NCBI GenBank assembly: GCA_964590575.1
Contig: CAZPWM010000087.1
Coordinates: forward strand, 1 to 13,314
DNA length: 13,314 nucleotides
Origin: an uncultured archaeon
GTDB taxonomy: Archaea; Asgardarchaeota; Thorarchaeia; Thorarchaeales; Thorarchaeaceae
Reading direction: 5' to 3'
Shown here: positions 6,665 through 13,314 of the stretch, piece by piece
Layout of the letters: every line of letters begins with the position of its first letter
Position numbering within the stretch: the first letter of the stretch is position 1
The notes under the pieces: model-generated
The model's input: only the letters and a program-made list of their open reading frames with translations
What the model was told of the DNA's origin: nothing
Databases searched by the model: none
Position numbers and translations under genes: made by a program

Positions 6665-7327
6665 TTGGCTGAGATCCCGAATCTTTCTACATTGGTGGAG
6701 GTCATTATTTCATCAGCATATCCTGAATTTCAACAATCCAATGTAATCATGTCATGGGGAAAGACATCAAGTTTTGCTCAGATTCAATGGGATGAATCAA
6801 GAGAAGAGATTTCAATAAGAGTCAATCATACTGTGAAAACGTGGCATGAATCTGGGATAACGGGATTAATCTCACATGAACTAAGTCACCCTGCACAGAG
6901 AGGGTCAGGGCTAAATGAAATGAAAACCGATAACGATGCAATATCTCGAGGGTTGGGGCCCTATCTAGCCGTTGAAAGATTGTTTGCAGGAAAGTACGAA
7001 GACCATTTGATACAGCGGGGAAGAGATAGGTATCTAGGATATAGATCAATAAGAGCACAACTGACTAGTATAGAAAGTCAGCATTTAGATACACTTCTCT
7101 CAGAACTTGGTCTTGTTCCAAAAAAAGTACCGAGTCCAATCTTGATGAGTCATGATATCGTTGTGTTTGATAAAGAGAGCAAAACCACTCTAACTATTGA
7201 GGGTCATCAATTCGTGTTACCTCAGAACGTTCAGAATCCGGATATCAAACTGATAGAACGCGATTACGTCACATATGTATACGCCAATGATGTCTTCTTG
7301 GGACAATTTACCAGGGGAGAAACCTAG
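6665..7327 (+). CDS. Putative zincin-like (HEXXH) metalloprotein, function unknown
   Basis: 220-aa ORF with TTG start and upstream GGAGA. ISHELSHP is followed by NEMKTDNDA, a possible third-ligand Glu helix as in M48/M56/M78-type zincins. The C-terminal part is beta-rich. Confidence 0.7.
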   Translation: MAEIPNLSTLVEVIISSAYPEFQQSNVIMSWGKTSSFAQIQWDESREEISIRVNHTVKTWHESGITGLISHELSHPAQRGSGLNEMKTDNDAISRGLGPYLAVERLFAGKYEDHLIQRGRDRYLGYRSIRAQLTSIESQHLDTLLSELGLVPKKVPSPILMSHDIVVFDKESKTTLTIEGHQFVLPQNVQNPDIKLIERDYVTYVYANDVFLGQFTRGET

Positions 7328-7332
7328 AGGCA

Positions 7333-8628
7333 CTAGTCACATCCTTTCAGATCCTTCCGCTCTTTGATATCCAACTTTTGTTTTAATGTAACATGGCTGC
7401 GTGGTGGGATGTCTTCTTGAACTACACATCCAGCAGATATGACACTATCCTCTCCAATCCTAGTAGCGGGATATATTGAAGCATTGACCCCAATGACCAC
7501 ATTGTCACCGACAATGGCTCCGAACTTTCGAAGAGGAATCTGCACTTTATCACCATCTTGTTTGAGATAAATTGGTTCACTCCCTGGGCGCCAGTTCCAC
7601 AATTGAACTCCAGCTTCAATGCATGTATCAGCACCGATTATTGAATCAGCAAGATAGGTCATTCGTCCAACGTTGACCCGTTCAAAGACCATACTGTTCC
7701 TCATTTCAACTGCATAGCCAATTCGTACACCATCACACAAACAGCTATAATCTCGAATCAAGGAGTTGTTTCCCACATAGACATTTTTACCAATGTAGAT
7801 TGGACCTCGCAGGGTTGTGTTGGGACGTATAATGCTGCCAGAGTCGACAAAGACAGAGCCTTCAATCACTACGGTCGGATGAATGTTAGCTGATTCCGCA
7901 ATGTAGCTTCCTTTGCCTTTGAGCATGCGGTTCATCACAATTCTATTTGCCTTGAGTATGTCCCAAGGCCAGGTAAACTCAGCCCATTCGCGTTCCCAGA
8001 CAGTTGCTGAAACTTGGTTTCCGCCTTTGATGAATTCCTCAAATGATAATTCCATGACATTGTGCTTTTCGAGAAGAGGCAAAATCTTAGTGCTAAAGAC
8101 AGAAACCCCTGCAACCGCATAATTACTGACATATCTCTCAGGACCACCCTTCTCTACTAGTTTTTCCACAATGCCATTAGGACCGAGCTTCACAGTACCA
8201 AACTGTTCAGGATTTTCCACAAGTGTCACTAGCATTGTGACTTCTCCACCCATTGATGAGTGATTACTGAGTGTTCGAGTGACCATCTCGGGCTCAACGA
8301 GGACATCACCATAAACAAGAAGGAAGTTATCCTCACCTTCCAGCTCATCTTTCGCAGTGAGAATAGCATGCTCAACACCCTCCTGCTTATGTTGAACCAC
8401 ATAACGAATCCTGACTCCTTGGTCTCCACCCATCTGGAAATGATCAATAAGGTCTTCACGCCCATGACCTACAACGATGACGATGTCTCGAATGTCATTT
8501 TCGACGAGACTATCAATAATATATTGAAGAACTGGACGTCCTGCAATCATCAACATAGCCTTAGAGCGATTTGTGGTGAGTGGTCTGAGTCGTTGACCTT
8601 CTCCAGCAGTTAGCACGAGTGCCTTCAT
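7333..8628 (-). CDS. glmU: Bifunctional sugar-1-phosphate nucleotidylyltransferase/acetyltransferase (archaeal GlmU-like)
   Basis: N-terminal MKALVLTAGEGQRLRPLTTNRSKAML nucleotidyltransferase signature, YGD, LVEK and WPWDIL; C-terminal hexapeptide repeats (left-handed beta-helix) and KFGAIVGDNV. Confidence 0.88.
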   Translation of the reverse strand: MKALVLTAGEGQRLRPLTTNRSKAMLMIAGRPVLQYIIDSLVENDIRDIVIVVGHGREDLIDHFQMGGDQGVRIRYVVQHKQEGVEHAILTAKDELEGEDNFLLVYGDVLVEPEMVTRTLSNHSSMGGEVTMLVTLVENPEQFGTVKLGPNGIVEKLVEKGGPERYVSNYAVAGVSVFSTKILPLLEKHNVMELSFEEFIKGGNQVSATVWEREWAEFTWPWDILKANRIVMNRMLKGKGSYIAESANIHPTVVIEGSVFVDSGSIIRPNTTLRGPIYIGKNVYVGNNSLIRDYSCLCDGVRIGYAVEMRNSMVFERVNVGRMTYLADSIIGADTCIEAGVQLWNWRPGSEPIYLKQDGDKVQIPLRKFGAIVGDNVVIGVNASIYPATRIGEDSVISAGCVVQEDIPPRSHVTLKQKLDIKERKDLKGCD

Positions 8629-8695
8629 ATTGCGTCACACTACAACTACTCAACATCATGTTGCATAAAACCTTTGGCTGTGATGTATAATGGTA

Positions 8696-9418
8696 CTAGT
8701 CTGTCAGTTTGAAATAGATGCGTCGCTTGCCAGCTCCAACATTCTTGGACTTTCCAATTTGTATATGTCCGATTTCGCTGGTGTTCTTGACATGAGTACC
8801 AGCACAAGATGCCACATCATAATCACCAATTATCAAAACCCGGAAATCTTGCACCGATTTCGGCACCATCTCAAGATATCGAGTCTGATAGCCACGTTGG
8901 TTGAGAAAATCTATGGCTTCAATACGCGGCATAAATACTATCTCAACTTCGAGGTTTTGGTCTAGAATCGCATTAACTCCTTCTTCGACCTTACGTTTCA
9001 TCTCCTCATCAAAAGACTCCAACGGAGAATAATCAGCCCGACTTTCTCCAGGTGTTATCATATTCCCAACTGTTTCCACACCATAGTTCAGTTGGAGATA
9101 TCTTGAAAGCACATGCTGGCAAGTGTGAAAACGCATACATTCGTAACGACGACCCCAGTCTATTTCTCCATGAACCTCTGAACCAACCACAAAGGGAGAG
9201 CTATCAAGCTTGTGTCTAATCTCACCCTCTACCTTTCTTACTTCTTTTACGTTGACACGTCTGACTCCATCTGTCAAAATTCCAACATCTGTTGATTGAC
9301 CCCCACCTTCTGGATAAAATGCAGTTCTATTCAAAACCACGTAGTTCTCACCAGCAAACTGAACAATGGCATCAAATTCTCTAGAATAATTATCTTTCAT
9401 GTGAAGGAGATCTGTCAT
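8696..9418 (-). CDS. alaXM: Alanyl-tRNA editing protein AlaX-M
   Basis: TAFYPEGGGQ, zinc ligands HTCQH and CAGTH, and GKRRIYF. ATG 9418 (MTDLLHMKDNY) gives a typical AlaX N-terminus and removes the 34-nt overlap with the upstream gene that start 9463 would cause. Confidence 0.93.
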   Translation of the reverse strand: MTDLLHMKDNYSREFDAIVQFAGENYVVLNRTAFYPEGGGQSTDVGILTDGVRRVNVKEVRKVEGEIRHKLDSSPFVVGSEVHGEIDWGRRYECMRFHTCQHVLSRYLQLNYGVETVGNMITPGESRADYSPLESFDEEMKRKVEEGVNAILDQNLEVEIVFMPRIEAIDFLNQRGYQTRYLEMVPKSVQDFRVLIIGDYDVASCAGTHVKNTSEIGHIQIGKSKNVGAGKRRIYFKLTD

Positions 9419-9429
9419 GTGAAGGGCCC

Positions 9430-9954
9430 CTATGATTCTCTCGATCTGCGAAGATTTGTCCACTCAATTACTGCCAAATCCTGAGCTTTTTCTAGCTCCG
9501 CTCCAGTAAGATCAACTTCAGATGTGCCAGCAGCTGCTCCTATGATTGCTCGCACTTCTTTTTCGTTCTCTTCTTCCATCAAGCCATCAAGAATAGCACT
9601 TATGGTGTCTTCGTGCACTCCTCGCTCTTTGAGAAAACGGGCAAGTGGAGTATGTGAAGCTGGGATATAGCCACTGTCTGTGCTGGGTTCAAGACTAATA
9701 GCATGCATCTGAGAGTTGAATTTCTTAATTATTATATCCTGACGTGATTGTACTGCAGGTTCAGTCATGTCTTTTTCCTTGTCAATTTCTGAAACCATTC
9801 GACGAATTTGTCTTAATACGGGGACTTCTGATGGAGATCTCGGCCCTGATACACGACGAGCTACAACCACCACAATAATCATAGCAACTACGAATAGAAA
9901 GATTGGGCTAAGTACCCACTCAAGGATTAAATCGATAATCTCTGTGAATTGCAT
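9430..9954 (-). CDS. Hypothetical protein with a single N-terminal membrane anchor
   Basis: 174-aa ORF; hydrophobic WVLSPIFLFVVAMIIVVVVA followed by RR, then a helical soluble region. Co-oriented with alaX, 11 nt upstream. Confidence 0.75.
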   Translation of the reverse strand: MQFTEIIDLILEWVLSPIFLFVVAMIIVVVVARRVSGPRSPSEVPVLRQIRRMVSEIDKEKDMTEPAVQSRQDIIIKKFNSQMHAISLEPSTDSGYIPASHTPLARFLKERGVHEDTISAILDGLMEEENEKEVRAIIGAAAGTSEVDLTGAELEKAQDLAVIEWTNLRRSRES

Positions 9955-10050
9955 TCCTGAAAGCCCCTCTGATGTTTCTTATTAACATCAGTGTGTTGTT
10001 CCTCGTACAATGGGAACTTTAAGGTTATTCCTGATGAGACTCTCTAGCTG

Positions 10051-11178
10051 TCAGTTACTAAAATTCCGAGCAATCTCTAAGTAAATATCGACGGATTGAT
10101 AGAGTTCATCCAGAGTGATGTACTCATCAGGTTGATGTGCTTGTTCTATCGACCCAGGCCCACAAATCACATTCAGAATTCCAACATCAGGTTGAAGGAC
10201 AGAGCAATCAGTTCCATAGGTTGCAGTACTAAGTGTTGGACTCTTTCCTGTCACTCGCTTTACTGCAGTTCTGGTAAGTGTGACGATTTCAGAATCGACC
10301 GGGGTTAATACAGCAGGTTTACCATAGATGTATTCCACTTGTACCCTATCTGAGAGTCCTGCTGACTCGAGTCTTGCATTCATTGCTTTAAGGAGTGCAT
10401 CTGGATCTTGACCCTTCACTATACGCATGTCGATCTGTGCCTCACAAGCATCTGGGACTATATTGACTTTCATTCCGCCTTCAATGACACCAATATTCAC
10501 TGTTGGATTTCCAAGCAGCTCATCCGCATCATAGGGGAATGGTTCTTCCGTTAGCAGACGAATCGCATCCATACATGCTTGAATAGCATTGATTCCTTCC
10601 TCGGGTCTGGATCCATGAGCTGACTTACCTTTAGCAACGACCTTTGACCAGAAAATCCCTTTTTCCCCAACGAGGACTTGCAGGCTTGTAGGTTCAGCAC
10701 ATACACCATATTTGATTCCGTCTAACTTGCCGCTTTTGGCTACTACTTCTGCTCCATTGCAGCCAGTTTCCTCATCAGAAGTTGCAAGAACAACAAGGGG
10801 TTTTGTGTGACGTTCCTCTGTGTAGAGAATCAGGGTTTCGGCAAGAGCTGCGACTGGACCTTTCATATCGCATGAACCTCTCCCATAAAGACGGCCATCA
10901 ACAATCTCTGAAGAGAAGGGGTCATGAGACCAACTTTCTGATTGACCAATGGGTACTGTGTCCAAGTGACCGTGCATCAAGATGTCACCATTTTGTCCTT
11001 CATGACTTGAGAATATTAGATTAGGGCGTTCCGGGAGACCGACTTGGGTGCATGCGATACTATGCGAATCCAAATGATCACGTAGGATTTTTGCGACTTC
11101 TCTTGTAATGCCTTTAGGATTCTCTGAGTTAGTTGCAACTAGTTCTTTCAACAAGGTTAGAACCCGAGACTTGTCCAT
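10051..11178 (-). CDS. M20 family metallo-amidohydrolase (ArgE/DapE-like deacylase)
   Basis: HGHLDTVP, GRGSCDMKG, SDEETG, AEPT, SAHGSRPEEG, GTD and AHQPDEY motifs. ATG 11178 has GGAG 9 nt upstream; the track start at 11208 is an alternative. Confidence 0.93.
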   Translation of the reverse strand: MDKSRVLTLLKELVATNSENPKGITREVAKILRDHLDSHSIACTQVGLPERPNLIFSSHEGQNGDILMHGHLDTVPIGQSESWSHDPFSSEIVDGRLYGRGSCDMKGPVAALAETLILYTEERHTKPLVVLATSDEETGCNGAEVVAKSGKLDGIKYGVCAEPTSLQVLVGEKGIFWSKVVAKGKSAHGSRPEEGINAIQACMDAIRLLTEEPFPYDADELLGNPTVNIGVIEGGMKVNIVPDACEAQIDMRIVKGQDPDALLKAMNARLESAGLSDRVQVEYIYGKPAVLTPVDSEIVTLTRTAVKRVTGKSPTLSTATYGTDCSVLQPDVGILNVICGPGSIEQAHQPDEYITLDELYQSVDIYLEIARNFSN

Positions 11179-11252
11179 GAAATACAACTCCTGCATCTCC
11201 CACTTCACAGCCCTGCTAAGAAGGTTCCTGCTGGCTCACCGGCCAAGGCGGA

Positions 11253-11261
11253 TTATTTATA
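11253..11261 (+). promoter_or_regulatory. TATA box for the box C/D sRNA
   Basis: TTATTTATA ends about 24 nt upstream of the predicted sRNA 5' stem at 11285. It may also serve the divergent M20 gene. Confidence 0.55.
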
Positions 11262-11284
11262 GGAAAACAATAGCGTATCATCAT

Positions 11285-11360
11285 GTGGCAATTCTATGAG
11301 GCAGTTACCCCTGGCTGAGCTTCGGCGATGACGAGCCAAGAGCAGGCTGAGATTTGCCAC
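11285..11360 (+). ncRNA. Archaeal box C/D 2'-O-methylation guide sRNA
   Basis: Terminal stem GTGGCAATTC (11285-11294) / GATTTGCCAC (11351-11360), 9 of 10 paired. Variant box C ATGAGGC 11296-11302; 12-nt guide AGTTACCCCTGG; D' CTGA 11315-11318; GC-TTCG-GC hairpin; C' ATGACGA 11328-11334; 12-nt guide GCCAAGAGCAGG; D CTGA 11347-11350. TATA upstream, T-run downstream. Confidence 0.85.
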
Positions 11361-11364
11361 CTCG

Positions 11365-11378
11365 TCTTTTTAAAAAGA
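11365..11378. terminator. Palindromic T/A tract, possible bidirectional terminator
   Basis: TCTTTTTAAAAAGA gives a T5 run on each strand between the + strand sRNA and the convergent - strand small ORF. Confidence 0.45.
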
Positions 11379-11459
11379 GCAATTGTCGGATTTAGGCTGA
11401 AACCCATAGATAGGCATTGGAGTGATAGTAGGAAACCCGTAGGCGTATCTTGAATCTGG

Positions 11460-11627
11460 TTATATGCCAGTTTTCAAAATGAGCCGATTCTTTTCAAGTG
11501 TGACTCCTAATTCTTGCCCATCATCATCGAACAGGGATACATCTTCCTCCTTGACGAAGACCTTGACAGTCTTCCTCAACTTGCGCGAAGGAATCTCACC
11601 CATGGAAATGATATAGGTTTCAGCCAT
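11460..11627 (-). CDS. Small hypothetical protein (55 aa), not in the ORF track
   Basis: MAETYIISMGEIPSRKLRKTVKVFVKEEDVSLFDDDGQELGVTLEKNRLILKTGI*; GGAG SD 9 nt before the ATG; protein-like composition; fills an otherwise empty gap. Confidence 0.7.
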   Translation of the reverse strand: MAETYIISMGEIPSRKLRKTVKVFVKEEDVSLFDDDGQELGVTLEKNRLILKTGI

Positions 11628-11934
11628 TGTTTAGTACTCCGACGGATGCGTGGTGGTGCGACAGTCTAAGAGGGATGCAAGACTTGAGTCTATGATATCA
11701 TTTAGAGTATATATAGGAGCATCCAACAAATCCAGCTTGTTCTAAAAGCCCGAGTACTCATTTTATGGCAGTTTCTCGAGAACCCAAAAAGAGACCCTAT
11801 GAAACAGGTGAAAATGTTAGTTCCGCAAGTACAGGGAGGAATTCTTCGCCTTAACAAATGGCCATTCATAAAAAGGGGCGAGTGTTGACCACATTTTGAA
11901 GAATGCTACACAAGCATGGAAATGATTAGCAAAT

Positions 11935-12171
11935 ATGGCGTTGTCAATGGAGTTATGGAAACGTTATATAATATTGAGCATGTTTAGTGCGACAATTATC
12001 TCAATTTTGACGATCTATCTCTATTTCTCATTTGGTATACTAGACATACTAGGAATGAAGCTTGTTACAGTGATGGTTTGTGTGTTTGTTATCTTCCTCT
12101 TCATCTTTCTAGCATCCTATGCTTGGACAAACAGGGATAGGCACCCCTTCAATGTGAGTTACTCAACCTAA
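11935..12171 (+). CDS. Small putative membrane protein (two TM helices)
   Basis: 78-aa ORF with two hydrophobic segments; its stop overlaps the stop of the convergent gene by 4 nt; AT-rich. Confidence 0.5.
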   Translation: MALSMELWKRYIILSMFSATIISILTIYLYFSFGILDILGMKLVTVMVCVFVIFLFIFLASYAWTNRDRHPFNVSYST

Positions 12172-13313
12172 GGATTGTAAGCAAAGGGATGCCTCGCAGA
12201 GTCCTTCCTCGCAATGATCTCATTAACACCTTGACGACCCTCTATGGCTCGCCGTAGTGCATGACGCACAGCTATGAAGTTGTTGATGTGCACCCTTGTT
12301 GTGTTGACCGCACTTGGATGTACAAAGACATTCACTGCAACGACTAGGTCTTGTACTAATTCTTCAGGAATGATTGCATCTGTGATGCTTCGTCGAATTG
12401 CATCAGATACTCCTTTCTGGGCAAATTCATACACCATCTTCTTATGGTGCTCCGAAGTGATAGTAACAGTCGGGGCAAAGACCGTTTTCAACTCAAGATC
12501 CTTGATTACATTCGACTGATGCGTGTCCTCTGTGACTTTTCCTGCATTCTCAAGAGCCACACTCATGGGACCATCGCGTATACCCATTATCAAGTCGACA
12601 TGTGCGACATCGTTGCCACCACCGAATAGTGCTTCGCCATGGAGTAAGGTCAGGTCCTTAATGACATCAGGGACCATTCCTACAGCCTTAGGATAGGTCT
12701 CACTTTCTATAGATCTATTACCCATCTTGAAAACGACTGGACCTCTTGGAATCATCTGAAGATCCTCAAGACAAATGCGTATCTCGTCATGCATATCGTA
12801 TCCAAGAGAATCAGCCTCCAGAAGCGGGGGTCTCGCGTGCCCAACGGGCACACCTATCATATTGAGCGCGGCTTTGACAGCAAGCCCGCCCCCACGATTA
12901 ACGAAAATACGGACTATCCTCTGAATACTTCGTTGCACAATCAAAGCTTCCTTCAAGTCACCACTAGCAAGAGCTGTTTGCATCTTGATATAACGATCAG
13001 GAAATACATTGGCACTGGCAAGAATTGCACCATCACAGCCAGTTGCGAGTGCAGGAAGTACTACTTCATCATGGCCAACTACCACTTGGAAATTCTCGGG
13101 ACGCCGGACTAAAATTGTGGTCAGATTCACAAGATCGCCACTTGAATCCTTCAATCCAACAATGCCATCGATATCTCTCAGTCCATCTATGAGTGTCCAA
13201 TGTAAAGGAACACCAGTAACTTGAGGGATATTGTAGACGAATATGGGAATGTCACTATTACTAGCTACTTTCTCGAAATGCTCGTAGATTTCCTTATCGG
13301 AAGGTTTCAAGAA
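12168..13313 (-). CDS. dapA: DapA/NAL-family class I aldolase fused to a C-terminal formaldehyde-activating enzyme (Fae) domain; 5' end outside the window
   Basis: The frame is open to the window edge. The aldolase part (~12760-13313) has VYNIP (catalytic Tyr), GLKDSSGD (Schiff-base Lys), GHDE, GCDGAILASANV and VKAALNMIG..VG.ARPPL. The C-terminal ~160 aa (~12168-12655), HGEALFGGGNDVAHVDLIMG...AQKGVSDAI...IIPEE...VFVHP...ALRRAIEG...ARHPF, follow Fae (GEAL.G.GNEVAHIDL.IG...AQ.GVA.AV...IIP...VFIH...HPF). Confidence 0.9.
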   Translation of the reverse strand, partial: FLKPSDKEIYEHFEKVASNSDIPIFVYNIPQVTGVPLHWTLIDGLRDIDGIVGLKDSSGDLVNLTTILVRRPENFQVVVGHDEVVLPALATGCDGAILASANVFPDRYIKMQTALASGDLKEALIVQRSIQRIVRIFVNRGGGLAVKAALNMIGVPVGHARPPLLEADSLGYDMHDEIRICLEDLQMIPRGPVVFKMGNRSIESETYPKAVGMVPDVIKDLTLLHGEALFGGGNDVAHVDLIMGIRDGPMSVALENAGKVTEDTHQSNVIKDLELKTVFAPTVTITSEHHKKMVYEFAQKGVSDAIRRSITDAIIPEELVQDLVVAVNVFVHPSAVNTTRVHINNFIAVRHALRRAIEGRQGVNEIIARKDSARHPFAYNP

Positions 13314-13314
13314 G

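Noticed and set aside
7422-8965. Short alternative-frame or antisense ORFs within the GlmU-like and alaX genes (and similar ones inside the M20 and aldolase genes)
   Set aside because: They overlap well-supported genes and lack motifs or ribosome-binding sites.
9419-9463. N-terminal extension of AlaX from ATG 9463
   Set aside because: It overlaps the upstream gene by 34 nt, and ATG 9418 gives the family-typical N-terminus.
11195-11251. GC-rich segment upstream of the M20 gene as a possible riboswitch
   Set aside because: Only short, ambiguous pairings and no recognisable aptamer consensus.
11628-11934. Intergenic stretch examined for tRNA, IS ends or a second sRNA
   Set aside because: No cloverleaf/T-loop motif, terminal inverted repeats or paired C/D boxes found; only TATA-like tracts (e.g. 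TATATATA near 11708-11715), consistent with divergent promoters.
13308-13310. TTG at 13310 as the start of the aldolase-Fae gene
   Set aside because: The frame is open to the window edge and roughly the first 100 residues of the DapA barrel are missing, so the true start is outside the window.
10051-13313. M20 deacylase plus DapA-like gene as a lysine (DAP) biosynthesis operon
   Set aside because: They are separated by an sRNA and two small ORFs, no dapB/dapD/lysA is visible, and neither substrate specificity can be read from the motifs.

Overview
Archaeal DNA, most likely from an Asgard archaeon (Thorarchaeia-like). This is inferred from gene content: a longin-fused Arf-like GTPase, an ESCRT-II EAP30-like domain, eS25, AlaX-M, an archaeal GlmU-type enzyme and a box C/D sRNA. 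The left half (1-5466) is a cluster of eukaryotic-signature-like genes around a divergent promoter. It holds a >=749-aa minus-strand protein missing from the ORF track (coiled coil, beta-sandwich, Vps22/Vps36-like winged-helix C-terminus), a Cys/His zinc-finger protein, a uDENN/longin plus tandem winged-helix protein coupled to a longin-Arf-like GTPase fusion, and a coiled-coil/Pro-rich protein. The middle holds ribosomal protein eS25, with an apparent ATC start and a ~200-aa extension ending in 14-aa histone-H1-like repeats, then a HEXXH protein, a GlmU-like enzyme, AlaX-M, a membrane-anchored protein and an M20 deacylase. The right end holds an unannotated box C/D guide sRNA, two small ORFs, and a 5'-truncated DapA-family aldolase fused to a formaldehyde-activating enzyme (Fae) domain. 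All family calls come from motifs recognised by eye; no searches were run.
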